64,000 nt of DNA from the human T2T-CHM13v2.0 reference genome, Homo sapiens, in assembly GCF_009914755.1 (NCBI RefSeq), contig NC_060931.1; one strand, given 5' to 3'. The notes under the pieces are model-generated. The model did not search any database. It was given only the letters and a program-made list of their open reading frames with translations, and was not told the origin of the DNA. Both the position numbers and the translations under genes were made by a program. Below, in pieces: positions 17,147 to 30,064 of the stretch (position 1 is the stretch's first letter; the number at the start of each line of letters is the position of its first letter).

Positions 17147-18082
17147 AGAATACTGGGCTGAATATAAGAAAGTTAATTAAAGACAGAGTAGAAAAGGGTA
17201 ATAAGCTGGAAACTCTCTCAGGTACAACACATGACCCTAATTCTTATACCTGGGGCGCAATGTGAGCATGACAGAAGTAAGACTGGCTTGATGCTGAATT
17301 TTCCATTAAATCAGATCATTTTAAATAACTGAGGAAAGGATGGTTCACAAAGCTTACACTGTGACTGAGTCTTCTAGTCTGGGTGACCTGATTTATGTTA
17401 ATGGGAATGGAGGTATATGGAAGCAGGACACCAGGAAGTTTATGACAACTTGTCAGCTCTCGAAATCGGCTTTACTCTCTGAGCAGTATCCACTTTGTAT
17501 GACATTAGGCCCCCAATGCATGAAGCAAAATGTGTTATTAAGTCAGATCTCCTCGGATCACAAAGAAAATAGTATGGCAACAGTGATGGAAGCAGAGAAA
17601 AAGCAATAATCGAGTGAGAAAATAATTGGGTGGCCAGAGGCAAAATCTATGACAGATCCAAATGGCCTTCATTATTTCTCAGTTGGAAAATTCCAATAAC
17701 TTCCTAAATTGCCTTCCCATCTTAAGTGCTTCACTATTCAAATTTATATTATAAGCCACTTCCAGGTGACAGACTAAAATTCTTCAAGTGTAAACACTGT
17801 CACTCACTTCAGTCTTAGTAGAAATACTAATAACTCTTCATTGCCTAATAAGCTCCTTTTCTTTGCATTCACATTTCTGTACAGGACAGACATTGACACA
17901 TGTCAGTGTGTACTTCCCACTATTTCTTATTGTTCAATATTTTAATATTGAATATGTAAAATAATTTAATTTTTAATATGTTAATACTTCATTTTTAATA
18001 TTTCATTTTTATTTCTACAAGTGTGCCTTTCTTTGAATAACTGCCCTACTTAATCCATTTCTGTCTGATTCCGATGGGCTGC

Positions 18083-18437
18083 TGATTGGTTTGGCTCTGT
18101 GTCCCCACCCAAATATCACCTTTATTGTAATAATCCCCACGTATTGTGGGAGGGACCTGGTGGGAGGTAATTGAATCATGGGGGTGGGTTTTCCCATGCT
18201 GTTCTCATGATAGTGAATAAGTCTCACGAGAGCTGATGGTTTCATAAAAGGGAGTTCCCCTGCTCATGCCCTCTTGCCTTCTGCCATGTAAGATGTGCCT
18301 TTGCTTCTCCTTTGCCTTCTGCCATGATTGTGAGGCCTCCCTAGCCATGTGGTGCGAGTCCATTAAACGCCTTTCCTTTATGAATTACCCAGTCTCAGGT
18401 ATGTCTTTATTAGCAGCGTGAGAAACAGACCAATACA
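18083..18437 (+). mobile_element. THE1 (THE1C-like) solo LTR
   Basis: TGATTGGTTTGGCTCTGTGTCCCCACCCAAAT...CAATACA, ~355 bp. Confidence 0.9.
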
Positions 18438-18714
18438 GCCGGCAATCTGAAGACCATCAAGTTTTGACAACAGGGGTGCCACACAGTCCAAGTTAGGCCA
18501 ACCAGAGTTGCTTTCTCAGGAGGAATATCCCAAGAATGCAAAGACACACGGGGACCAAAATTGATTGGAACTGAGTCATGTGAGAAATTCTTGAGATGCT
18601 GAGATGCTCAAAGTACATGTGTCTTTTATCTTTCTCAGTGTTCCTGATCTTCTATCCCTCCTTCGGCCCTCTACTCAATTCTGTGAGCCACCTAATATCC
18701 TTTTAGGAAAATTC

Positions 18715-18717
<3 letters not shown>

Positions 18718-18748
<31 letters not shown>
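18718..18748. repeat. (CA)n microsatellite
   Basis: Read directly. Confidence 0.95.
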
Positions 18749-18752
<4 letters not shown>

Positions 18753-19379
18753 TCAGTTTGAGAATAGTTTCTATTGCTTGCAGTCAAAAAATGCTGAATG
18801 CAAAAGCAAAAGGGTGGAGAATGGAATTAATTATTGAGTTAATATGTCATGAAAAAGCCATAGGACTGATATTAATATTTTAAGCTGAGAAATTAAGAGG
18901 CTACTGATATATAATGGAGAGCCGGTAAATAACGTTATTGACTGGACTGCCTGGGATACTAAGGATGAAAGTCTTCTGAACTAGTAGTTGTTGCAATAAA
19001 TGGATAAATTAAACTGAGAAAATGATGTGCTCAATGTTAAAATTTTCAACTTGAGGCATGGGCTAAAATCTAGAGCCTTCCTGTCACCATGCCCTATGCC
19101 TTTCTTTTGACAGCTGTCATAGGATGGAGGTTGATGAAAACCAAACTCAGAAATGAATCATGTCGCTTGCTAAATTTGTTAAGGTGAATTGACACATATC
19201 TTACATGAATCTTGAGGATAATAATGGGATATAAGCTGTTTAGGAGTTTTATTAGTAAGGATTTTAGGAACCAGAAAACCTGAACCACCAAACCTCTCAT
19301 CAACATTCCTACTTTGCGTCCCTTGCATGAGGAAGGAGTGTCTCTCACAAGAAAAATAAAATGATTCCTCTAGCACCCA

Positions 19380-20410
19380 AACCTCAATGGGGCCTCATTT
19401 CTCATTGCTCTGATGATCTCTTCCTCCTTTTCTCCTTTGCTTTCTTTACTTCATTCACCGGCTCCTTGTTATTCCTGGAATTTGCTAGAAACTTCCATCT
19501 CACAGCTCTTGCACTCACTGCCCTCATGGCTCTCTCTGCTTGAAATGTTCTTTTCCCCAGCTAACCGCATGAGTTGCTCCCTTGCCTCCCCCAGGCTTTT
19601 GATCACCGGCATTTGCCTGCTTCAGGAGGCCTTGCCTGGTTACTGCATTTAAAATTCCAACCCTTGCCCAAAACTATGCATTACTTTTCACTGCTTTCTT
19701 TCTATTGTATTTACCACCATCCAACATACATTTTACTTTTTTGTATACTTTGTTCCAAACCTTGTCCTCTGATTAACTATACCTCCCAAGATTCACTTTC
19801 TTGTGTAGTCACCTCTCCTAAAATCTAGGCTGGACCTGGGACTTGATTTAATTATTAAAATGTGGCAGAAATAGAGTGGGGTCAGTTCCTGGCCTAAACC
19901 TGAAGAAGGCTTGGTGGCTTCCAATTGTGTGCTTTGGAGAGTTCTATGCTGCCACATAAAATGGTTGGTTACCCTGGCAGATAGACCATGGAGAGAGAGA
20001 TGATGCCATGTGGGAAGAGACTACATGGAGAAAGAAAGAGACCTGGCCATTCAGTATCCCATCCGAGTCCAATTTTCAACTATTTCCACAAAGTTAGACA
20101 TGTGATGGAGACCTCCCAGCCCCTCAAGCTGACATTTCATAAAGCAAAAGAACCACCACAAGAAGTCTGGTCAAACCACTGGGAGAATCAGGGAGTAATA
20201 AGATGATTACTGTTTTAAACCATTAGGTGGTTTGTTATGCAGCAGTAGATAAACAAAGCATTACTGTCTTCTGTGTCCCCCACAGAAATGTAAATTCCAT
20301 GAACACGGATTTTTGTCAATTTTGTTCTTTCCTGCATTCCCAGAATCTATAAAGTGCTGAGCATTTAATAAACATGTTGACTAAAGGAAAGCATGGATTA
20401 GTTAATGAAT
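19380..20410 (+). mobile_element. L2 3' region interrupted by an MLT1 LTR
   Basis: L2 motifs at 19380-19745 resume at 20261-20410 (AATGTAAATTCCATGA..CATTTAATAAACATGTTG). Confidence 0.6.
19750..20260 (+). mobile_element. MLT1G/H-like MaLR LTR
   Basis: AAAATGTGGCAGAA..CAGTTCCTGGCCTA..TGTTTTAAACCATTAGG..TTTGTTATGCAGCAGTAGATAA. Confidence 0.65.
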
Positions 20411-20917
20411 TTAAACTAGTAATAGTAGTCTATGGGGTGAAATGCATAATCAGAATTTGGAAAAGGAAATATACCCAAAGAGATTTTCAGGAATTAATCA
20501 CCATAATCTATATAATTAACATAGAATTGTGTTTGTTCAAGTAGATTTTGGACAATGAAATTTCTAAGAGGATGGAATCTTATTTGGGATATATTATAGT
20601 TTCTCGATAAGGATGAATTCACCAGAAAGTCTGAATTCAATTTTCCACCTCTAGTCAAGTTTCCTCATTTGATTAATGAAAACCGAACCCAAATATTGCT
20701 AAAAAAAGTACCTTAGATGGCCAGAGAGATTTAAACTTAATATAAAGGGAAGGCAGTCAAAGATTTCAGGCACGCTAGGTAAGAGCAATTATTCACATCT
20801 TGCCTATTCTTCTCTTGAGTACACCTCAGAATCTCTCCCTTCATCTCTGCTATGAGACAATAGAGTGATGATTCTCTAAATAAATCAGAATTTCCATTAT
20901 TGGTTATTCTCTTTTGG

Positions 20918-22371
20918 TCTGGAAAGCTTGAAATCTAGAATGCTAGAAATTCAACTGAAGTTTCCATCAAAATAAGCTCTTTTATCCTAGCTGGAAGTGG
21001 AGAAACTCTGCTAATCAGGCCAGGAGGGGGCAATTAATTCTGAGTTGATGCGGGCTTGCTAATCTTAAAAGCACACCACATGAGGAAGGATTTCTTTTTC
21101 TTTGTGGGCATGGTACTTCACTTTTACCCTAGACACAGAAAACACCAATGTTTTGACTCCATGTCACAATCTAATTCATCAGCTCCCTCAACATACCTCC
21201 AGATATTATAAAGTTTTACAGCATTTACAGCAGCATGCTGCTATGACTTAAGTTGGAAAGAATAAATATTCTAGATGGATTGGTAAGATAATGTGCAAAT
21301 GGCAGGAGTTAAATCTTGCAAAAATAAAGGAGCGTGTTACAAATGAAGACTGTTTCACAATAGTCAACAGAACTTCATATTTATTTGGTTGGTGCAAAAG
21401 CAATTGCGGGTTTTGGTATTTCTTTTTTAAGTAATGGCAAAAGTAACATGCCCAAAGTGAAGAGTCATAGTAATTTGCTCTCCAGGACAAACATTATGAT
21501 TCGGTTATAGATCTTTGATGCTTTCTTCCCCTAGATGAATACTGAAACCTCTTTATAAATTCTAAATATTTTGCTAGTAGGTCTTTTCTCATATACTTAT
21601 GGCTACCCTTTTCAAAGAGCATTTTTGAAGTATGCTAATTTATGATTATGCATCTTCCTCATCTAATCTTCCTTAACTGTCATGAGGATCTTCATCCCCC
21701 TGCTGACCACAAGGTAAATCTAGGAGTATATCTGGTATTATACTCAGAGGTAATATAAAGTTTGTAGGATTGGGTGTTAAAGAAGTATCTTCCTGCAATT
21801 CAGTTCCTTTAAATGGAAAAGTTTCATTTGTATATTCAAAGTTTGTGCTATCACTCACAATACCAGTCACCATAGTAAATTTTCCTGGGTACAATGAGTG
21901 GGGACTTGTGAAGATATCCCCTTCAAAATGAAGAACAAATTATGGACTTTACAAACCCTAACAATGGAAAGAAAGTACATTATCTCATAGGCCCCCTTGG
22001 ATTTTGGAGGGAACATATGCAGTATTTGGGGTCTTAATTGCCCTACTTACCTGTATCTGAAAAGCTACACATTTGAATGAGTCCCAAATCAGAAGCAGGC
22101 ACTCCAGTTGGTAAAAGTAGATTTTCCTCTTGTCTTGTGTGACCTGGAAGATCCAATGATTCTGGAAAGCTTGGACTCTAGAATGCTAGAAGTTCAACTG
22201 AAGTTTCCATCAAAATCAGCTCTTTTATCCTAGCAGGAAGTGGAGAAACTCTGCTAATCAGGCCAGGAGGGGGCAATTAACTCTGAGTTGTTGTGGGCTT
22301 GCTAATCTTAAAAGCACACCACATGAGGAAGGATTTCTTTTCCTTGGTAGGCATGGTACTTCACTTTTACC
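20918..22371. repeat. Dispersed direct duplication, 211 bp x2 (20918-21128 and 22161-22371)
   Basis: Hand alignment gives 11 mismatches, no indels (~95% identity) and a 1243-bp offset. Confidence 0.95.
21382..21445. mobile_element. MADE1 (mariner MITE), partial
   Basis: GGTTGGTGCAAAAGCAATTGCGG..TAATGGCAAAA. Confidence 0.7.
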
Positions 22372-22432
22372 AAAAGCCCCCAAAAAAGATAATTAGCAGA
22401 ATATTTTAGAGTTTCAAAGTAAATCACACTCC
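21860..22432 (+). mobile_element. ERVL-class pol remnant
   Basis: Degenerate KFLG..DIP.K.K.KL..GFWR.H..DPMILE..AP segments, interrupted by the 211-bp copy. Confidence 0.6.
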
Positions 22433-22434
22433 TA

Positions 22435-22610
22435 TGTCAGTCACAGTCCTAGCAGGTAATAGATGGCATGTTCAAATAAAGAGTTTAATCAAAGGGCTAT
22501 TTATAAATGTGATGCCCAGAAACTGCGGTAACCAGGAGTGCTATTTACTTCTTCTGTGCACAAAGAAGTGTAAGGAGGGAGAAGATACTAGAAATACAAT
22601 CAGGGTGAGA

Positions 22611-22648
<38 letters not shown>

Positions 22649-22997
22649 AGAGAAGGGGAGGGGAGGGGAGGGGAAGGGAAGGGAAGGGAAGGGAAGGGAG
22701 GCGAGGGGAGGGGAGGGGAGGGGAGGGGAGGGGAGGAGAGGGGAGAGGAGAGAAGAGAAGAAGAGAAGAGAGACTCTTCCCGATAGGTACCAAGAACTTA
22801 AGAGATACAGTTATGGAACCAAAGTTCTCTTCCCTCCGTTCTTCTGTTCCCTTGTGATACTCTTCATTGGCTAGAGCCAACTGGCAGTAGAGAGCAAGGG
22901 GGGCCCTTGATGAAATTCACCTGGGTCAGGGAACATGGAAGCAGAATGTAGATGGTGCAGAGTGGACCTGTATGGGCAGATGGAAGGCATTTAACAC
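22435..22997 (-). mobile_element. LTR33-like ERVL LTR
   Basis: Reverse complement begins TGGTGTTAAATGCCTTCCATCTGCCC..TCCACTCTGCACC..CCCTTGCTCTC..GCCAATG. Confidence 0.6.
22605..22772. repeat. GA-rich compound microsatellite, (GA)n/(GGGGA)n/(GGGAA)n
   Basis: Read directly; many G3-G5 runs. Confidence 0.95.
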
Positions 22998-23693
22998 CAC
23001 CTCTCTAGTAACTATTCTCTTTTTGATGAATAACTCCAGATTGCTTTTAAGTCTAGAAACTGAATTACTATCCACAGGACATCAGATAACCATGTGATCC
23101 GACTTGGCCAGCATGATTTTGGCATATATGAGCTCTCTGGCCATACTTAGGGTATGTCTAGCAACACCCATCCACTAGAAGAAATAAATAACATGTTTAT
23201 ATCTGGTCACAAGCAGACTTAGAAGGTTTAATAAGGGGAATGATCAATTTCTGCTGGACTGCTGTTCTCCTCTCTCCCACTTCTATGGCCCCTTTGGGGA
23301 TTCCTTCTGCCCAATGGACAAGGAAAGAAAAACTCTAGGTTCTTGCCCACATAACTTGGTCTCACTAAGGATGATTCTGTAAAGCAGTGGAAAAGAAAAG
23401 TCCTTCCACTGGGCAGAGGTTGTACCAGCATATTTCTTTCCCTAAAGGAAAGGTGTCCTGAAATCAGTATCTACACCAATTCTTGCATAGGAGATAAAGT
23501 CTGACTAAATGTCAACTGTCTGTAAGAAAAAAACAACTCAAGCATAGATTTTGATCCATAAGTAGATCATAAATTAAATTTAATGGATTGTAACCAACTT
23601 TAAGAAAATGAAATACAAGAGAGGAAAAATGTCAGGGTACATAGTACGTAGTATTAAAAATATTATTTTCCAAAACTTGTATTTCATTATTTA

Positions 23694-23735
23694 TGTGTGT
23701 GTGTGTGTGTGTGTGTGTGTCTGTATGTCTGCATG
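23694..23735. repeat. (TG)n microsatellite
   Basis: Read directly. Confidence 0.95.
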
Positions 23736-26700
23736 TGTATGTTGTAGGGATGCTGCCTGTCAATGCCAAATTCAATTTTACATGATGGTAGAAAATGTTG
23801 TAAAGAAACTACCTTAAACTTTAAGTAAACCAGCTTAGCTATACTAAATAAATGTTGTATGCTGCTAACATATATAACTGCATCTTTTTCATATCTTTAC
23901 TCTTAAAATGCCCCTTTTATCCTCCACCAAATCCAGTCCATCCTTCAAGGGAAATATCAACCCTGAATTCTTTATGAATTCTCTAACTACTCCAGCCCAG
24001 TGATTTCTTTGAAATTCTTGGGTCTTGTCCAATCTTAATAATTACTAACCTTATATTTCTATTATTTTACATTACAAACGCTTTCTTTTTATTTAAAAAA
24101 AATCTTTGTATATTCAGGATCTACAAATAAATGAGTTTGGGAGCTAGGAATTCTAAATTTCATTTGTTTTCTTCCCAGAGTGCCTAACATCACATTATGA
24201 AGATAATTGTAATTAACTGAATATGTTGATTGTACCACTGAAATAATTAATAAACAGAAGGACTGGTCAGGCCCTTTTAGTATTTTTAACTTTATCTTAC
24301 TTTTTAATGCTATAATATTATAATGTATCTAGCCTTATAGAAAGGTATTTTTCAAAATAGGGTGTATTATTACAAGATAATTTTCATAGGGAAGTTTCTC
24401 CATTTTGTAGGTTACATATGGACCTTCTATCTCTATGATATTTAAAAAATGTTCATTTTTCAATGGTATGGCTTTAAAACAAAAATGCTAATTTACAAAC
24501 AATGATGGTACATTTTTCTATTAGATAAATTTTATTATGATAACTAATAATAATTTCTATTTGTTCCCAAAATGATCAATGCTTAGTAGTGCTCCTTCAT
24601 ATCGATTCAACATGTTTTCACATGTGAGATAACATGTAGGTTGAAAAAGGCAGAGATTGCTCATAATACCAGTGGTTGCTGATGTAGAAATAATAGCTAA
24701 TGCTTGAGTATATCTGACAAGTCCAAGGATATGGACAGTAAAGATTATTTTTTCTAAAAGGCCGGGAAAAAATGTTTGCTTAATCCTGAAATTTAATTGT
24801 ATATTTCTTTATAAAAGTCACCATGTGATACTCTCCAATAGCTCAGAGAGTAGTATATACTTTATTCCATCTTCATTAAGAGACAAAATTTAAAAGAAGA
24901 TACATTCTTTTTTTGTATGTTGCTGAAGGGTCTTGTTGCTAGTTTTGTTCTCCCTCAAACTGAGTTCAGGGTTATATACTGGTGCAGTATTCATTCAATC
25001 CTATGATCCATGAGGAACACATGGGAAAGTATCTACAACCACAACTGCCGCGATAACAAAAAATAATAACCTGATATTCATGGTGACAGGAATAAGTCTT
25101 CAAGAGCAGCTTCATTTACATTTATCATGTTCTTTAAAAAATAGTGTGGTACCTTTTTTTTTTTAACAGAAAGATTATCAGGCAAAAATGACTACCTTAA
25201 AAGCATGCAACTTTTAGGATTTAGAAGTCTAAAATTCATGTCATTCATTGCAAATATTTCAATCTGTTGATTATTCACAGTAAGGGATGCGTTCATGTAA
25301 TTATCCAAGAATCTCATAAACAAAGATACTTGAAGCTTTGCCCTATGTTTGATGGATCTGACAATCAAAAAATCAAAAAAGGGAAAAAATTATTCTCTGT
25401 GATTAATTATCTTATGTAACATCTGTATCTCCACTAAGAGCAAGTCGAATGTGTGGATACAATCTCTATATGTTCTCTAAGTCATCCCAGGAATTGAGGG
25501 ATAGGATGGTCAAGATTTTTCATGTTTTCATTCTCTAATAACGTATAACATGGCTTCCATGCACATTTTCAAAGAACAAAAGAAAATATGAAGTGATAAT
25601 CTACATATAAACCTCTTTAGCCAACCCCATGAGTAACTTAATACAATCATTGTAATAGATACAGGGGTAAGAAATACATCAGTGTTCTGCCTGTTATGGT
25701 TTTGTTCTTTTTTTAAAAAATCGCTTTACAAAAATTAACTGTTGGGAGCTAATTCTTTATTTTTCTTTTTAAATAATAATAGTTTTTAAAGTAGCTCTGC
25801 TTTTCTCATTCGTACTGAAATGCTTATGAATTACATTATTTTACTTGTGACCCCAACAGGATGAAGCTTTTTTACTTTCCTTTTGTTTCTTTGCTTAGAA
25901 GAACAAAGGATTGGGAAGAACAGAAACAGTAAAGGACAGGTGAGTTTCTAAGGGTAAGACATGTTTTCCTCTGATTAAAAATGCTCCATATCTTTTATTT
26001 CTGGTAGAATTAGAGTCTGCAAATTTTGAAGCAGGCATTCCTCGCTGGATGCTTAGAATAACATTATGCCCTTGTCTTCTTATATTAATGTATTCCAAGG
26101 CTCTTATCACTGTTTAAAAAGTAGTTTGAATGCTTTGATATTCCATATCCAAGGATATTGATCTGCCTTATTGTTTTTGGAGAGGTTAATGAAAAGAAAC
26201 TCTCTTTGCTTCACCCTATTAGAAAACCCCATGATTCAATGTAGATAAAGTTCTAATTTTTATATTTGGAAACTATTTTTAAATAATTCAATTTGCAAAA
26301 GACAGTATTTTCTGTTTCCTTTTTCAGTGCTTCCTATAGCCTATTTACCTCTGTTCTTCACTTAAGGAAATTGTAGAATAATTAATATAAGACTTCAGAA
26401 TTATGGAGCCAATAGATGTTACAGAATCTGTATCTCTTATTCTTAAAGAAGTATCTGCCTCCTCAATGGAAAAGAACTATAGCCTTTTCTTTCTCAATGT
26501 TTTCTCACGGTCAAGTATAATTATTCAATCTTTTTCATATCCACATCTTCCCATCCACCCAATTTAGGAGAAATTCTCTTTAAAAATATTTAGAGCTTTA
26601 AACTCTGGTTGAGTGCCACTTCTACTAAGTTAACAAGATGTTAATATGTCATTCCAGGAATGTATGAAGTCAAAATGTCTATCCAAGATCCTCTTCTTCA

Positions 26701-28450
26701 CAACCTATATATAGGAGAATATGACAGCATTCATATATCCTGAATAAATTAGAAAGTCTATCAGAGAACAAGTGTGAGGGATACCAACTCTGAGCTGAAT
26801 AAGGACACGTTCTCATCAGGGAAGATTTGTTTTTGCCTGCGTCTTGGTAAAGTTGCTTTTTACCCTCTCAATTATTGGACGGAAAGTCTGTCTTCCCCCT
26901 GAGGCCATTTAAAGGAACACAGATGACTTCTTTACATTTTCCTTCCCTTCTTCAAGGCTTAATGAACTTTAGGGTGAAGTTTATAAAGCCCAGAACAGAG
27001 AGCTTGCTCAAAAACACTGTGAAGTGCCCGATGACGATCTATTTTTTCCTATTTGTGAGAATCAGAGATTTGGAGAGCTCGTCCTTTCGCATTTATGTTT
27101 CAACACTTAAGTGTGACTTAACAAGATGTTTAAAGCTGAGACTGGGGTAGAATAATTCTTGAGACTTAAGGGATGTTGAATTTCACACTCTATATAAGGG
27201 AGCTTAGCATACCAATCTTTGCTTTAGGGGAGAATCAGGGAGCTATTCTAGGGTTTGCTAAGTATAATAGTTGACACAGCAGAGAAATCTTTCACTTTTG
27301 GCTTCCTGCCATGCCCTGTGAATAAAGGAGTATGCCAGTTACTTATAGGACTGTTTTTCCCTTGGGAGATTTAGTTCTAGCTCACCTTAACTCATTACTG
27401 ATTCACGGGCTGCTGTTTTTGGCTAAATGTGTTAGAGGAGCAATGTTAGCTGAGAGGCTATCAAAATTTGCAACAGGCTCTTCCATCATCCCATCCCTTT
27501 GGAACTCTGCTGTCAAAAAATCCACTCAAGACACTGCCTTTCTTTTTTCTCTTCCATCCGTCCCCATGAGTACTTTTTCCAATTAAGGTCAGCTTGTAAA
27601 AGGACTACATTTATTATTCATGTTTCTATCATTTGCACTTTACTAGGCACTCTTTTTATTAAGCACCAGTCCATAAAATGCCTGGAAGTTCATCCTTTTT
27701 TTCTATTCCCCACTGACAGTTGGCTTTGATGTAGAGGGGAGAAATGGATCTGCTCAACATTTCTAGCTCAAGTAGAGTCTTAGGCTAGATGGCAAAAGTA
27801 GTTTAGCTGCTAAGACCCTTTGGCTGCATCATTAGACCAGCATGTAATTATATATTTTATAGGTAGCCCAGGGTAGACTGAAATCATCATTTCCTAAAAC
27901 GGACTTAGCAATTATCTTGGTAGATAGGTGTTTGTTTATTGAGTCTTATCACTTTAGAATTAAAGAGCATGTCAAGAGAAATACTTTAAAGATAATCCCA
28001 GAGAATTTTCTATTATTCCCTGAATAATAGGAGAACAGATTTGTTTACTTAAAAGTTGTGCTTAGAGGCCAACAGATAACGAAGTTGTACAGATAGCCTT
28101 TGGCACTCATGGCATGTAACAAAGTGAAAATTTTTGGTTTATGGAAACTAAGCCCAAACTACCATTTTGCACATCATTACAGTGATCCTGATTTGGACTG
28201 TTGCTAGCCCACATATATCCACTATAAGAGCATTTTCCTGCTCCACTAAACCCTAGACTATTGTGAAATTTTTGTTGAATTCATTAGTACCAATTTAACC
28301 TATTAATTACTGATAGAAAATACAAAAAAAAAAAAAAAACTATGGGACCTTTATGCCCAAGAGTGACTTAGCTAGTTTGTATGACGATTTCTCTGTGCTA
28401 ATAAGTTGACTGGGGAAGTATAAACGACTAAAGGAGTAGGGTTACAAAAT

Positions 28451-28503
28451 CACATTATTGAACACAAAAACAACTTTTTTTTTCAGCATCACCTTGATTT
28501 ATT
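28451..28503 (-). terminator. Distal polyadenylation site of PTN
   Basis: Minus-strand AATAAA at 28498-28503, with downstream GU/U-rich TTGTTTTTGTGTT at ~28459-28473. Further AATAAA at 28727-28732 and 28956-28961. Confidence 0.7.
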
Positions 28504-29153
28504 TTCCTAGTATTTTTTTCCTCAGATGGAAAAATAATTTCATCAAGAAAACAAATGCTTCTGCCAAAGTGAAAGAATTTTATGTCTTAATGCTTTTCTT
28601 TAAAAAAAAAAAAAGTCAACATTGAACTAGGACATGCTCTGCTTCCCCACCCCCATTTTGCTGACTACATTTTAAAAAATCTATTGGCAGAAAACAAGAT
28701 ATTTTCTTCAAATAGAGTGATTATGTTTTATTGCTATTTTGTTTAGTATATATTTTTCTCAATTGGGAAAAAAATCTAGGTGAAAAAAATTACCTAACAA
28801 GAGAAGTAGTTTACATAGTCATAACATTTAAATTGCTGCCCAAAAAATGTAAAAAAAATTTAATGTAAAATGTCACATAATTTCAAAAAACTTACCTCAA
28901 TTGTCTATCATTTATCATGTACTATAAGTCAACTTCCTAAATAAGATTACAGTCCTTTATTATAAGCCCCTACTGGTACTATAGTATACATTTAAAAAAC
29001 GCTACTACAAAAATTTTCTTTTCTTTTTGTTTTTGCTTATTGTGTACTTAGCTATAGATAATTTTTGAATACAAAGCCTACGGTACATATAAATGCAATA
29101 GTTAACTGATCCTGTTTGCTGATGTCCTTTTTATGTTCCACAGGTGACATCTT
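28475..29153 (-). other. PTN: PTN 3' UTR
   Basis: AU-rich, repeat-free sequence after the stop codon. It ends near the distal AATAAA, which is followed by a GU/U-rich element. The 3' end is approximate. Confidence 0.8.
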
Positions 29154-29209
29154 TTAATCCAGCATCTTCTCCTGTTTCTTGCCTTCCTTTTTCTTCTTCT
29201 TAGATTCTG
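29154..29209 (-). CDS. PTN: Pleiotrophin last coding exon (lysine-rich C-terminal tail and stop)
   Basis: Reads AESKKKKKEGKKQEKMLD-TAA after a long pyrimidine tract (29212-29255) and a CAG acceptor. 115+174+162+56 = 507 nt = 168 aa plus stop. Confidence 0.97.
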
Positions 29210-30064
29210 CTGTGATTACAAAAAAGAGAGACAGAAAGAGAGAAAGAGAAAAATGTCAAGTTACTAAATTGCAGGGAAGAAATAGCCACGTTTCTTATAA
29301 TTGACCAGACTGATACACAAGTTGTTTGCTCTTGGTAGTTCTCTTGGTAAACTGAGAAAACACTATGTGTATGTGCATGTGTGTGTGTGTGTCTGTCTGT
29401 CTGTCTGTCTGCTTTTGACAAAAGAGTGCCTGTGAGAGTGGGCAGGAGGAACATAGCCTGCTTCTGTGTTAATTCTACAAATGCCTGTTATCTTACTGGT
29501 TGCCTTTGTTTGATAGGCAAGATATTGACTTGGGGTCCTGCTTAGAAAATAGAAATACAGCAGACATCTCTTAGTAAATTACCCAGGTCACTGCTCAATG
29601 GAAAACTACGAGAGCTCTGCTTAGCCCCTCATTTCCCCCATTCCCTTTCCGTAGGACTCTTTGATAGTATATTTTCTGAGCAAACAATTGCAAAGTGGTT
29701 CCACTCCAGGTCGGCCCTCTGCTTATATATTTGGCCAGCTATCTATGTAAAAAGAACCGGCTATAAACCATATGTACTCTCTCTGGAGCTTTGCCTACAG
29801 GAACTCCTAGTTTGGGGTAAAACAAATGGAATGTGTCAACATAGGCTGTAGGAAAGTAAAACATTGAGGATTTCAATCAAAAGACTCCATTCTTTTCCAT
29901 TCAACCATCTTTCCACTTCTCTTTTCCTAACAGGAGAATGCAATGTAGAATAGAACACATCTAATTTGGCTCCAAAGACAAAAATGGTCAGAATCACTGG
30001 GTTAGCAAGTGAGGGGATATTGCTAAATATTTCTGAGCCACTTCTCCAATTTGGTCCATAGTAG

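Noticed and set aside
22434-22880. 146-aa and 111-aa ORFs
   Set aside because: GA microsatellite inside an LTR.
29110-29150. Plus-strand acceptor-like TTTTTATGTTCCACAG
   Set aside because: It is the antisense of the PTN 3'UTR start and has no convincing partner donor.
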